Shown here: positions 7,979 to 17,713 of the stretch, piece by piece
Numbering within the stretch: the first letter of the stretch is position 1
Layout of the letters: each line of letters opens with the position of its first letter
Source: Bacillales bacterium UBA743
GTDB taxonomy: Bacteria > Bacillota_I > Bacilli_A > RFN20 > CAG-826
Direction: 5' to 3'
DNA length: 64,000 nt
NCBI GenBank assembly: GCA_002297365.1
Contig: DBKT01000012.1
Location: 22,941-86,940, forward strand
Notes under the pieces: model-generated
What the model saw: only the letters and a program-made list of their open reading frames with translations
What the model was told of the DNA's origin: nothing
The model's database searches: none
Translations under genes and position numbers: made by a program

Positions 7979-10111
7979 TCATTTTGTATAAGAATACGTG
8001 TTATAAACGGTTTCTTTTCCATCAGTTACAGAAAGAATCGCCGCTTTATAGAAGCTTTTCTTGTTCCAGTTGCATAAAGCCATATCGACCGAAACTGTTT
8101 TGCCAACATAAGGGGTGAGCCAATCGTAATGGCTTACATCAGATGTGTATAATTCCAAATCCGCATCGTCCATTTGGATGTGCCAAGTGCTTCTGTTATC
8201 GGTGCTTTCAACTTTCTTGAAGGTAGCGGAAACAGTGTAACCTTGGGAAGATAGATCTTTGGTTGAATCTTGAGATAGAGCATCCAAATCAGCTAAGGTT
8301 TTGTCTTTAATGAAGGAATTTCTAGAATAATCGCTTTTGCCATTCAGGTTGAAAGTCAAGGAAGCGTTGCTAATGTAATTTTCGCCAGCGACATCAATTA
8401 CTTTGCCCGTATCTTTGAAAGTATATTGACCTCCGCCTTTCACATCGCGTTTGCCTGTAATAACAATTTCGTTGCCCATTTCAATTCGGTTCATATCAGC
8501 TTGGGGGAGGGTAACTGGAATGATCCCCGATTCATCGATGAGATAGAAAGAGGAGTTTTGGTTAACGACAGAAGGGCCGGCAATGCCTTTGACGGTAACG
8601 ACTTCTTCCGTAGCTGCATCGATAGCCTCTTTGACCGTTTTCGCGTTTTTAACGGCGGCAGTATCCATCTTGACACTGACTTCTTTTTTATAAACCGGAT
8701 TATCTTGATAATGAATTTCGATGGTGATCTTTGCTTCGCCATCTTCCTTAGTATGGAAGACAAACTCATCTTCTTTTTCTTCGAAATAGGCGACTTCGGC
8801 ATTAGAGGAAGTGTAGGTGATGGTTGCGTTCTCAAAGCCTAAAAGAGTAGAAGAAACGTTCTTTGGCATGCTCTTGATTGGATCGCCGGCATAAACAGAT
8901 TCGAGCAAGCCGTCAATATGATAGTCGTATACATATTCTCCTACATTCGTCGTATCGAATTGATAGTTCTCGTCTTTCACGGAAAGAGGAACAAAACGCC
9001 AGAAGCATCCAGAAGCCGTGCTCTTTGCGTTAATGGCGCTTAAATAAACGGTGCAGATTTTCCCGTCGAATTGATCAAGGTAAGAGAAATCGGCGCCATT
9101 GCATTGGGTGTAAGCGTAGGACCCTGTTTTCCCATCAATGTCATAGAAATAGTAATTGACGAAGTTTTGGCCTTCTTTTTGTTGCCTCTTAATATAAGAA
9201 TTCACTTTGAAGACTTCACTAGAGATATTATTCGTGACAGGAATATTCACAAATTCTTTGATAGTCGTCTCTTTGGCAAAAGAGAAATCCAACGCCTCAG
9301 TCGTTTTCTTCTTGCTAACAAGAATTCCATTGGTTAATTGACAAGCGCCTTCATATTTATACTTTTTAGCATAGGACTGTTCTTTTTCCAGTATCCAGTA
9401 ATCTTTTTCGGCAGCCAAACAAATCTCGTCTCCTTCTTCTACTTGAGAAACAAGGGCAGAATCAAAAACATAGATAGAGGAAGCGGAATCGATAAGGAAA
9501 AAGCCGTTCTTCTTTAATCCACTGGCATACGTGAAACGAGCGACCCTGCCCGTCACTTTCACCTTGTCGCCTTTTTTGGCTTTTCTAGCTTGGGCAATAT
9601 CCATAGTGAGGTAATCATCTAAGGAGACCTCCTGATCAATGTGTTCCATTTCTACAATCCAACCGGATTTAATTTCCAAGGTTCCTTTGTAGTTCACCAA
9701 AGTTCCATAAAGAATTACTTTATCCCCTGCAATCGGCTTCTTTTCCAACTCGTTGTAGCGTTTCACTCCGTCAGCGCCATAGGTACCGTAGACAAAAATG
9801 CTTCCAGTCGCATCCTCAATGGTCATCGACCCATAGTTGTAGTCGGTAATTTCCTTGATTGTCCCAAGGATGTAATAACGTTCTTTCGTGGCTTCCGTAT
9901 TTTCTTTGGCAATTTCCAAAGCCTTGGCAATGCTGGTCAATGCATAACCATCACCAAATTGGCTGCTTGAAACATCGCTTGAATTCGAAGATTCTTGGCT
10001 TTCTTGAGAGGATTCAAACTCCTGAGATGAAGATGAGACCTCTTCGCTTTTGCAAGAAGCAAGACCCATCAAAGCAACGGCACTTAACAAATAGAAAATT
10101 TTTTGTTTCAT
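7979..10111 (-). CDS. Large surface lipoprotein with several OB-fold-like modules (putative nucleic-acid binding)
   Basis: Signal peptide with lipobox LASC and a Ser/Glu-rich linker. Three OB-like blocks recur: YYILGTIKEITDYNYGSMTIEDATGSIFVYG...KVILYGTLVNYKGTLEIK; KVKVTGRVARFTYASGLKKNGFFLIDSASSIYVFD; VTVKGIAGPSVVNQNSSFYLIDESGIIPVTL...IVITGKR. Confidence 0.7.
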   Translation of the reverse strand: MKQKIFYLLSAVALMGLASCKSEEVSSSSQEFESSQESQESSNSSDVSSSQFGDGYALTSIAKALEIAKENTEATKERYYILGTIKEITDYNYGSMTIEDATGSIFVYGTYGADGVKRYNELEKKPIAGDKVILYGTLVNYKGTLEIKSGWIVEMEHIDQEVSLDDYLTMDIAQARKAKKGDKVKVTGRVARFTYASGLKKNGFFLIDSASSIYVFDSALVSQVEEGDEICLAAEKDYWILEKEQSYAKKYKYEGACQLTNGILVSKKKTTEALDFSFAKETTIKEFVNIPVTNNISSEVFKVNSYIKRQQKEGQNFVNYYFYDIDGKTGSYAYTQCNGADFSYLDQFDGKICTVYLSAINAKSTASGCFWRFVPLSVKDENYQFDTTNVGEYVYDYHIDGLLESVYAGDPIKSMPKNVSSTLLGFENATITYTSSNAEVAYFEEKEDEFVFHTKEDGEAKITIEIHYQDNPVYKKEVSVKMDTAAVKNAKTVKEAIDAATEEVVTVKGIAGPSVVNQNSSFYLIDESGIIPVTLPQADMNRIEMGNEIVITGKRDVKGGGQYTFKDTGKVIDVAGENYISNASLTFNLNGKSDYSRNSFIKDKTLADLDALSQDSTKDLSSQGYTVSATFKKVESTDNRSTWHIQMDDADLELYTSDVSHYDWLTPYVGKTVSVDMALCNWNKKSFYKAAILSVTDGKETVYNTYSYTK

Positions 10112-10286
10112 ATTTCCCTTCCTTAAAAGAGAAAACCCCCACAGCTAATGCAAAAAAACGAAAAACTGGTTTTAATTTTTCATTTCTTTCAAAAGAAACG
10201 GGGGTATCAGTTTGCAATATGCAGGGAAGTTTCCTTCCACCTGTATTCTAGCCCATGGCGGCAAAGAAAAATCATGAAAGTGGTTT

Positions 10287-11279
10287 CTAAAAGAAATTTC
10301 CTTTCTTTGAATTCGTGAGATCAAGCTCTTTATTTTCCAAAGTCGCCTTGCTTTTCTCTTGCATATGAAGATAATAATCAGCCAAATCCAAATAGACTTC
10401 TTGGTTGGAAGAATCCACTTGGTAATGGTTAAAAACATAGTCAGCCAAATCTTGATGGCGAGAAGAGAATAGCAACATCCCCAAAGAAACGAATTCCGGC
10501 AAAAGAAAAGAGAAAAAGCCAAGGATTATATAAACAAACACGAGAAAGAAATATCTTCCTACATAGGAAGCCCTTGTCACATTAAGCGCTTTTACGGAAA
10601 GAAGAGAGATCTTAAAAGATTTCATGCCGAGGGTTTGTCTGCCTCTTTTGCAAATCCAAAGAGGAATCACAAGGAAAAAAAGAAAAGAAGAGAGCAACGC
10701 GCATGAAGCGAATTCCGCAATCATGGTCGACAAAGAAACGACTGTTGTTTCCGCATATTCTTTGTTTGTATAAAGATAACTGAGGCAATGGTCCGTAACT
10801 TCTTCTTTGTAAAAAGTGACAAAATATTCGGGATTAAGGGGCTTTTCTTCCACCTTACCGTCTCCTCCCTCTTGAAAAAGGCGCTCATTCCCATAGGAAT
10901 ATTCAAGGCAACGGGAATGATATTCCTTTTCCGCATCGTCATTGGAAAAGAAAGAAGAACGATAAAAAACATCGATCTTCTCCTTCAGGAAATCTTTCTT
11001 CTCTCGGGCGGCAGATAAACCAGATTCATCCATATCCACATAGGTGGAAATGAGATTGCCCTCTACATAGAGCCCCGATTCATTTTGAATCGTTAAACGC
11101 TTATTGCTGTTCTCTTTTAAGAATGGCGTTTCTTGCAAAGCCATATTGGCAAAAGAGAAAAGAGTAACGGCGGTAAATAAGAAAATAACCGCATCCAGAA
11201 AAAACGAAGCGATTCTCTTCCAAGTCTTCGCGGGATGATAAATGAGTTCTTTACTGATTGCTTTTTCCGATGTTTTCAT
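10287..11279 (-). CDS. RDD-family membrane protein with an inserted extracytoplasmic domain (paralogue 3)
   Basis: N-terminal RDD signature KTWKRIASFFLDAVIFLF, then an insert of about 135 aa, then CKRGRQTLGMKSFKISLLS and SSRHQDLADYV. The gene overlaps the upstream paralogue by 29 nt. Confidence 0.65.
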   Translation of the reverse strand: MKTSEKAISKELIYHPAKTWKRIASFFLDAVIFLFTAVTLFSFANMALQETPFLKENSNKRLTIQNESGLYVEGNLISTYVDMDESGLSAAREKKDFLKEKIDVFYRSSFFSNDDAEKEYHSRCLEYSYGNERLFQEGGDGKVEEKPLNPEYFVTFYKEEVTDHCLSYLYTNKEYAETTVVSLSTMIAEFASCALLSSFLFFLVIPLWICKRGRQTLGMKSFKISLLSVKALNVTRASYVGRYFFLVFVYIILGFFSFLLPEFVSLGMLLFSSRHQDLADYVFNHYQVDSSNQEVYLDLADYYLHMQEKSKATLENKELDLTNSKKGNFF

Positions 11280-12504
11280 CTTTTTCGTTAACCTTCATTT
11301 CGAATTCCAATGGGTTTTTGATAAGGATATCGCTGCAAATTTCAGCTACCCCTTGATGGCGCTTTGAAAAAGCGGACAGGATAAGGGAGAGGAAATCCAG
11401 CAAAAAAGAGAGAAGCAAGACATAGAAGAAAGTAAAAAAAGAACCGTACTTGACAAAATAGATCGCTTGCGAGGAAAAAAAGAAAGACGCAAAGAAAATA
11501 CCGGAAAATTGAAGAAAAAAGCGGAAAAGGCCCTTCAAAAAGATATTTTTCCCACGAAGTTCTAAATCATCGGATGTAGAGTAACCCAGTTTAAAAAAGT
11601 AAATTCCCGTTGTTCGGTGCTTTTTGAATAACAGGGGCAGAAGAAATTCAGCGACCGCAAAAGCAAAGCAGAAACTCAGAAAATAAGAAAGAATATACCC
11701 AAGATTCAATTTCTTATAGCTCTCCAAAAAAATGGCATTCTCCTTAACGTAAGAAGACAGGGAGTTCTCCACTTCCGAGATAAAAAGGCCTTGAGCGTGC
11801 TGAAAGGAAGAGGACAAAGCCCGATAAACGTTTTTTGCGGACTCCCCTTTTTCACCATAGACCAAATAGTCGGCCAAAAGAGTTGCCTTAGATAAGGAAA
11901 GCTGACGATAGAGAGGAAGGTCGTTTGTTTTGATTTCGAAATAATCATCAAAAACATTTTTCTCAAAAAGAGAGGCCTTAAGATAGAAATATTCGTCTTT
12001 TTCGGAAGAATAATCTTTTCCGTCATACACATAAGAGGACAATTCGGGCTCACCTTCTTTGTAAACAAAAAAATAATAGCCAAGAGGGTCCTTCCAATAT
12101 CCCTTCGCTAAAAAAGTATCTTCCTCGCTGACTTTTTTATTAACGTACCCTTCATGCGTGGAATAAGGAAATTCCCTTTCGTTTAAGTAGAAAGAAGTCT
12201 TCGCGTAAGTAAGCAAGAAAGAATCCGTCATTTCAGAGACGCTATAAAGCTCTTCCCCACCGCTTTTAAAGGTCTGAAGGTGAGTTTTGGCAACAATTTC
12301 CTTTAATGAAGTTTGAGAAGAAAAAATAGAGCTTTTGAGATTTTTCGTTTGAGGGACGGCAGAAAAGATTTGAGAGAAAATGAGCATGTATGCAAAAAGA
12401 GTCAGCAACATCGTCACAAGATAATCGGCAATATTGGATAAAATGATTTTTCCTTTTGAGGCAATCGCATTGTCTTTATAAGATGAGAGTTCCTTTTGTT
12501 TCAT
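11251..12504 (-). CDS. RDD-family-like membrane protein with an inserted extracytoplasmic domain (paralogue 2, most divergent)
   Basis: ILSNIADYLVTMLLTLFAYMLIF, then an insert of about 220 aa, then FKKHRTTGIYFFKLGY and FSKRHQGVAEICSDILI. The architecture matches the two neighbouring genes. Confidence 0.6.
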   Translation of the reverse strand: MKQKELSSYKDNAIASKGKIILSNIADYLVTMLLTLFAYMLIFSQIFSAVPQTKNLKSSIFSSQTSLKEIVAKTHLQTFKSGGEELYSVSEMTDSFLLTYAKTSFYLNEREFPYSTHEGYVNKKVSEEDTFLAKGYWKDPLGYYFFVYKEGEPELSSYVYDGKDYSSEKDEYFYLKASLFEKNVFDDYFEIKTNDLPLYRQLSLSKATLLADYLVYGEKGESAKNVYRALSSSFQHAQGLFISEVENSLSSYVKENAIFLESYKKLNLGYILSYFLSFCFAFAVAEFLLPLLFKKHRTTGIYFFKLGYSTSDDLELRGKNIFLKGLFRFFLQFSGIFFASFFFSSQAIYFVKYGSFFTFFYVLLLSFLLDFLSLILSAFSKRHQGVAEICSDILIKNPLEFEMKVNEKDENIGKSNQ

Positions 12505-12578
12505 GCTTAATAACTATAGTGAATTATCATCAAAAACGCATTCTTTTGTTACGTTTTGCATTAGAAAACAATAAAATC

Positions 12579-12830
12579 ATGGAAATGAAAAATTCTCCTT
12601 TTAAGAAAAACGTTTCAATCCTCTACATCTACGACAAACTTCTTAATAACCGATTCCTTAGCAAAAAAGAGGTTCAAGCCGAATTATTGATCAACGATTT
12701 GACCTTTAAGCGCTACATCAAAGATATTCGCGATTATTTTTCCTTCATGAGAAAGGACGAAGAAATTTACTACGACAGGGACAGCAAGCTCTATTGGATA
12801 AAGAAAAAGACCTTAGATTTGCATTTCTAA
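12579..12830 (+). CDS. Small stand-alone winged-HTH protein (YafY/DeoR N-terminal-like), possible regulator
   Basis: MEMKNSPFKKNVSILYIYDKLLNNRFLSKKEVQAELLINDLTFKRYIKDIRDYF...IYYDRDSKLYWI fits the HTH_11-like pattern. It is divergent from RDD paralogue 2 and ends inside a bidirectional terminator. No clear SD, so the start is uncertain. Confidence 0.45.
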   Translation: MEMKNSPFKKNVSILYIYDKLLNNRFLSKKEVQAELLINDLTFKRYIKDIRDYFSFMRKDEEIYYDRDSKLYWIKKKTLDLHF

Positions 12831-12842
12831 GGCCGTTTTTTT
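12801..12842. terminator. Bidirectional terminator between the wHTH gene and RDD paralogue 1
   Basis: Stem CCTTAGA/TCTAAGG (12811-12817/12826-12832), flanked by a T-run on the plus side (CCGTTTTTTT) and on the minus side (TCTTTTTCTTT). Confidence 0.5.
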
Positions 12843-14208
12843 ATTCTTCTTTGTTGAGATTTACTTTGTTCGTTGGATTCGTTGCTTCCTTTTTGGCGTA
12901 CTCCTCATCTTTCGCTTTTTCAAAATCATCAAAGGAAGTCATATTCCTTGCCTCATCTCTTCGGGCGTTGATAGTCGAAAGATCCAAAATGGTGTCCTCT
13001 TTTAGCATCCTTCCGTCATCGAAAGATTCTTGAGGCTGATGCTTGGCAAGATACATCTCTTTATCTTCGTAATTAGCAAAGATTTCCGAGCCTTTAAGAG
13101 ATACTTCCGTCGTCTTAAAGAGGCGATCATGAATAGTCCCCTTCCCGGTTTTAGAGAAAGCGCAGAAAGCGAAATCAATCAAGCAAGCCGCGCCAAAAGC
13201 CATCATGCTCACTCCCGAATTCGGAATAAGGGTTAAAGAGGCAAGGATGAGCATGAATAATGGTCTAAGGCACCTTTGCAAGGGATTCATATAGACAGCA
13301 TCTTCCCTTACCACCGCTAAACGGAAAACGAATTTCCCTAAGGTTCTCCCCTTCTTATCGCATACAGGGATGAGATAAAGGAAAATGAAATAAATAGGCA
13401 ATACAGCCGTTAAGGAACATTCCCAGGAAATCATTTGAACCTTATAGTAATGATCGGTGAAATAGGTCTGATTGGAACCTTTTTGGCCTTCCATATGAAG
13501 AGCGGCGTCATAATATATTCCGGATAATTTTCCGCTTGTCTCGTCGACGGACAGGAAATAATTTCTGAGATTCTTTAAAGTGTCGGCATCCTTCGCATCC
13601 ACCTTATCCTGTATCTCTTTTCTTAAAATCGGTTTCTTGGCAAAATCCGGAGTGCCCTCCTCATTCACGGCATATTGGAAATAAAGCTGAGAATCATCAT
13701 TTGAATATAAAACCGCGTCTTTCTTTCCTTCTACCTTTTCAATCTCCGGCAAAAGGAAAATCTTCGTGTAGGTAAATTCCTTATAAGAGTCTAATGCATC
13801 AGGGGAATAAGTGTAATTTTCTGGCTGAATCATTCTTGAATCCGTCGGATAAAAGACGGTGTAGTAATTCCATACTTTATCCAAATAGGCTTCATAGCCT
13901 AGCTCTCCGTTCGGAGTGGCGATATACCCTAAAGAGGAATTTTCTTTTCCGTCTTCCGCATAGCCGAATAAAGAGATGGTTTGAATCTCCCCGGAATCAT
14001 CTGCTGTCGTCTGGAAAAGACCCGAATCTTTCGCGAAAGAATAATACTCTTGTCGAAGCGTATTGCCGTTTAAGGCGTCAAACATATAAGTGCCCGTCAA
14101 AAAAGAATTGAGCAAAGTTCCGATAAGAAAAGCCAAAACAAAATCCACGATAAAAGCAAAGGCCCTTTTGCTAATCGGTGCAGGTGTTAATAAATCTTCG
14201 TTTTCCAT
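12841..14208 (-). CDS. RDD-family membrane protein with an inserted extracytoplasmic domain and charged C-terminal tail (paralogue 1)
   Basis: PISKRAFAFIVDFVLAFLIGTLL, then an insert of about 220 aa, then CDKKGRTLGKFVFRLAVV and GKGTIHDRLFKT. These are the R, D, D signature positions of the RDD family. Confidence 0.65.
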   Translation of the reverse strand: MENEDLLTPAPISKRAFAFIVDFVLAFLIGTLLNSFLTGTYMFDALNGNTLRQEYYSFAKDSGLFQTTADDSGEIQTISLFGYAEDGKENSSLGYIATPNGELGYEAYLDKVWNYYTVFYPTDSRMIQPENYTYSPDALDSYKEFTYTKIFLLPEIEKVEGKKDAVLYSNDDSQLYFQYAVNEEGTPDFAKKPILRKEIQDKVDAKDADTLKNLRNYFLSVDETSGKLSGIYYDAALHMEGQKGSNQTYFTDHYYKVQMISWECSLTAVLPIYFIFLYLIPVCDKKGRTLGKFVFRLAVVREDAVYMNPLQRCLRPLFMLILASLTLIPNSGVSMMAFGAACLIDFAFCAFSKTGKGTIHDRLFKTTEVSLKGSEIFANYEDKEMYLAKHQPQESFDDGRMLKEDTILDLSTINARRDEARNMTSFDDFEKAKDEEYAKKEATNPTNKVNLNKEE

Positions 14209-14249
14209 AGAAATTAATATAGGTTATATCAAAGAAATAAGAAAGCATT

Positions 14250-14281
14250 AAAACAAAAAGCCCCTACGGAATGCAGGGGCT
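14250..14281 (-). terminator. Intrinsic terminator of the str operon (after tuf)
   Basis: Stem AGCCCCT/AGGGGCT (14259-14265/14275-14281), followed on the minus strand by TTTTGTTTT. Confidence 0.65.
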
Positions 14282-14300
14282 TGATGTGACTAATCAGAAA

Positions 14301-15518
14301 TTAGTGAATGATTTCGACAACCTGTCCGGAACCAACGGTTTTGCCGCCTTCACGGATAGAGAACTTGGTGCCAGCTTCCAAAGCAACTGGGTGAATCAAG
14401 GTAACGGTGAAGGTAACGTGGTCACCTGGCATAACCATTTCGACATCGGCTGGGAGGTCGATGGTGCCGGTGATATCGGTGGTACGGAAGAAGAATTGTG
14501 GACGATAGCCTTTTAAGAAGCCAGTATGACGTCCGCCTTCTTCTTTAGTAAGGACGTAGACGGTAGCAGTGAACTTATCGTGTGGAACGATAGATCCTGG
14601 TTTGGCAAGAACTTGGCCACGTTCGACTTGGTCGTGGGTGATGCCACGGAGAAGAGCGCCGATGTTATCGCCAGCTTCCGCGTAATCAAGGGTCTTACGG
14701 AACATTTCGAGACCGGTGATGACGGATTTTTGGGTAGGTTTGATGCCAACGATCTCAACTTCATCGTTGATGTGAGCAACACCACGCTCAACACGGCCAG
14801 TAACGACAGTGCCACGGCCAGAGATGGTCATGACATCTTCGATAGGCATTAAGAATGGCTTGTCATCAGAACGAACTGGATCTGGGATATAGGTGTCAAG
14901 AGTATGCAATAACTCAAGAATTGGTTTGGCATCTGGGTCTTTGCTGGAGGTAACTTGAAGGGCCTTCAAAGCAGAGCCACGGATGACTGGTAATGTATCA
15001 CCTGGGAATCCGTAAGAAGTAAGAAGGTCACGAACGTCCATTTCGACTAAGTCGATTAATTCTGGATCGTCGACCATATCGCACTTATTAAGGAAGACGA
15101 TGATGGATGGAACGCCGACTTGACGAGCAAGTAAGACGTGTTCACGGGTTTGTGGCATAACACCATCGGTAGCGGCGACAACAAGGATAGCGGCATCCAT
15201 TTGTGCGGCGCCGGTAATCATGTTCTTGATATAGTCAGCGTGCCCTGGGCAGTCAACGTGAGCATAGTGACGGGTTTTGGTTTCGTATTCTTCGTGAGCG
15301 GAGTTAATGGTGATACCACGAGCTCTCTCTTCTGGTGTAGAGTCAATGCCAGCATAGCCGACGTCTTTCGCATTGCCATCGACGCCGTTGGTTTCTTTGC
15401 CAACTAAGCTAAGAACGTGCATGATAGCAGCCGATAAGGTTGTCTTACCATGGTCGATGTGGCCGATTGTACCAACGTTAACGTGGACACGGTCACGGTT
15501 GAATTTCTCTTTTGCCAT
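14301..15518 (-). CDS. tuf: Elongation factor Tu
   Basis: [28 protein letters not shown]..., DCPGH, NKCD. The start was moved to the ATG at 15518, which is preceded by GGAGG. About 8 extra residues lie between the P-loop and switch I. Confidence 0.97.
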   Translation of the reverse strand: MAKEKFNRDRVHVNVGTIGHIDHGKTTLSAAIMHVLSLVGKETNGVDGNAKDVGYAGIDSTPEERARGITINSAHEEYETKTRHYAHVDCPGHADYIKNMITGAAQMDAAILVVAATDGVMPQTREHVLLARQVGVPSIIVFLNKCDMVDDPELIDLVEMDVRDLLTSYGFPGDTLPVIRGSALKALQVTSSKDPDAKPILELLHTLDTYIPDPVRSDDKPFLMPIEDVMTISGRGTVVTGRVERGVAHINDEVEIVGIKPTQKSVITGLEMFRKTLDYAEAGDNIGALLRGITHDQVERGQVLAKPGSIVPHDKFTATVYVLTKEEGGRHTGFLKGYRPQFFFRTTDITGTIDLPADVEMVMPGDHVTFTVTLIHPVALEAGTKFSIREGGKTVGSGQVVEIIH

Positions 15519-15596
15519 TGTTTTTATTCCTCCAATAATGGTTTTCAACAAATTGCTAATGTATTGTAAATCTCACTACGTGAATAATCAATAAAA

Positions 15597-17699
15597 TTAG
15601 CGGTTAGACATATTGCTATTCGCAATAATTTGATCTTGGACATAGCGTGGGCATTCTCCATAGTGGTCAAAGGCCATCATGAAGTTTCCACGACCTTGCG
15701 TCAAGGAGCGCAAATCAGTGACATAGCCGAACATTTCAGCAAGTGGGACGAAGCAGTCGATTTCCTTAGCGTTGCCGCGTTGGATTTCTCCTGTGATCTC
15801 ACCACGTCTACGGCTGACATCGCCAATGACATCGCCATAGTACTTTTCTGGAACGGTGATTTCGACTTTCATGATAGGCTCGAGAATGACAGGATCGCAC
15901 TTGCTAGCGGCGGCTTTCAAAGCCATGGAAGCGGCGATCTTGTAAGCGGCTTCGGAAGAGTCGACATCGTGATAGGAACCGTCAAATAAGGTTGCTTTGA
16001 TATCGATAACCGGATAGCCGGCGATCAAACCACGGCCAAGGGCATCTTCAAGACCTTGTTGCGTAGGCTTGATGAATTCCTTTGGAACGGCTCCGCCGAC
16101 GATAGCGTCAACGAATTCGAAGCCTTTTCCTGGGTTTGGTTCGAAACGGATCCAAACATCACCGTATTGACCATGACCACCGCTTTGTTTGACATAACGG
16201 CCTTGCGCTTCGCCAGTCTTACGGATGGTTTCACGATAGTTGACTTGCGGTCTTCCGACGTTGACTTCGACACCGAATTCACGTCTCATACGGTCAACGA
16301 TGATATCGAGCTGAAGCTCGCCGACGCCGCCGATGATGGTTTGGCCGGTTTCCGTATTCGTATGCGCTTTGAAGGTCGGATCTTCTTCCGCCAATTTTTG
16401 GATGGCGATATTCATCTTCTCCAAATCGCCCTTGGTCTTAGGCTCGACAGCCTCTTCCAAGACTGGTTCAGGGAATTCGAGGGATTCAAGAACGACCGGT
16501 TCAGATGGATCGCAAAGGGTGTCGCCAGTCGTGGTGTTCTTTAAGCCGACAACGGCGCCGATTTCGCCAGCGTGAAGAACGCTGACTTCCTGACGGTGGT
16601 TGGCGTGCATCAAGACCAAACGAGCGATACGCTCTTGTTTGCCATTCGAAGAGTTAAGAATATAGGTTCCGCTCTTTAATTCTCCTTGATAGACACGGAC
16701 ATAGGCCAAACGGCCAACGAATGGGTCGGTGGCAATCTTGAAGGCTAAGCCAATGAATGGGGCATTATCCGTAACTTTGCAGACATAATCCTCACCATTG
16801 AGTTTGCCCTTTTCACCATGAATATCAAGAGGGGATGGCAAATAGTCAATAACAGCGTCCAATAATAATTGGATGCCTTTGTTTTTGAAGGCGGTGCCAC
16901 AGAAAACTGGGAAGAATTTCGCGGTTAATACAGCCTTACGAGCAGCGGCCTTAATCATATCAACGCTTGGCTCTTGTCCATCAAGAACCATCATCATAAG
17001 GTCTTCATCATAATCGGCCAAGGCCTCAATGAGCTTTTGATGGTATTCTTTCGCTTGCTCTTTTAAATCATCAGGGATTTCGACTTGTTTTGGGGCTTCT
17101 TCTTTCTTATCGCTAAAGACCCAGGCAATCATCTTGACAAGGTCTACTTCCCCGATAAATCCACTCTCTTTGCCGATAGGAAGTTGGAAGGCTGCGTATT
17201 TCACGCCAAGTCTTTCTTTGAGAGTGTCTAAGCACATAAAGAAGTCCGCGCCGATAGCGTCCATCTTGTTGCAGAAGACGATTCTTGGAACTTCATATTT
17301 ATCGGCTTGTCTCCAAACGGTTTCGGTTTGTGGCTCAACGCCGTTTTTGGAATCAAGAACGGTAACCGCACCATCGAGAACACGGAGAGAACGCTCAACT
17401 TCGACAGTGAAGTCAACGTGCCCTGGGGTATCGATGATATTTAAACGATAGCCTTTCCAGAAAGCGGTTGTAGCAGATGCGGTGATTGTGACACCACGCT
17501 CTTGCTCTTGGACCATCCAGTCCATGACGGCGGTTCCTTCGTGAACTTCGCCGATTTTGTGGGTACGTCCTGTGTAATAAAGGATACGCTCAGTCGTTGT
17601 GGTTTTACCAGCATCGATGTGAGCCATAATACCAATGTTGCGGGTGTGTGGGAGGTCGTAAGTGGCGCTCTCAACAATATCATTTTCATCAACAGCCAT
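15597..17699 (-). CDS. fusA: Elongation factor G
   Basis: [37 protein letters not shown]. Length of 700 aa and the position between rpsG and tuf fit fusA. Confidence 0.98.
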   Translation of the reverse strand: MAVDENDIVESATYDLPHTRNIGIMAHIDAGKTTTTERILYYTGRTHKIGEVHEGTAVMDWMVQEQERGVTITASATTAFWKGYRLNIIDTPGHVDFTVEVERSLRVLDGAVTVLDSKNGVEPQTETVWRQADKYEVPRIVFCNKMDAIGADFFMCLDTLKERLGVKYAAFQLPIGKESGFIGEVDLVKMIAWVFSDKKEEAPKQVEIPDDLKEQAKEYHQKLIEALADYDEDLMMMVLDGQEPSVDMIKAAARKAVLTAKFFPVFCGTAFKNKGIQLLLDAVIDYLPSPLDIHGEKGKLNGEDYVCKVTDNAPFIGLAFKIATDPFVGRLAYVRVYQGELKSGTYILNSSNGKQERIARLVLMHANHRQEVSVLHAGEIGAVVGLKNTTTGDTLCDPSEPVVLESLEFPEPVLEEAVEPKTKGDLEKMNIAIQKLAEEDPTFKAHTNTETGQTIIGGVGELQLDIIVDRMRREFGVEVNVGRPQVNYRETIRKTGEAQGRYVKQSGGHGQYGDVWIRFEPNPGKGFEFVDAIVGGAVPKEFIKPTQQGLEDALGRGLIAGYPVIDIKATLFDGSYHDVDSSEAAYKIAASMALKAAASKCDPVILEPIMKVEITVPEKYYGDVIGDVSRRRGEITGEIQRGNAKEIDCFVPLAEMFGYVTDLRSLTQGRGNFMMAFDHYGECPRYVQDQIIANSNMSNR

Positions 17700-17713
17700 G
17701 GGTATTCTCCTTA

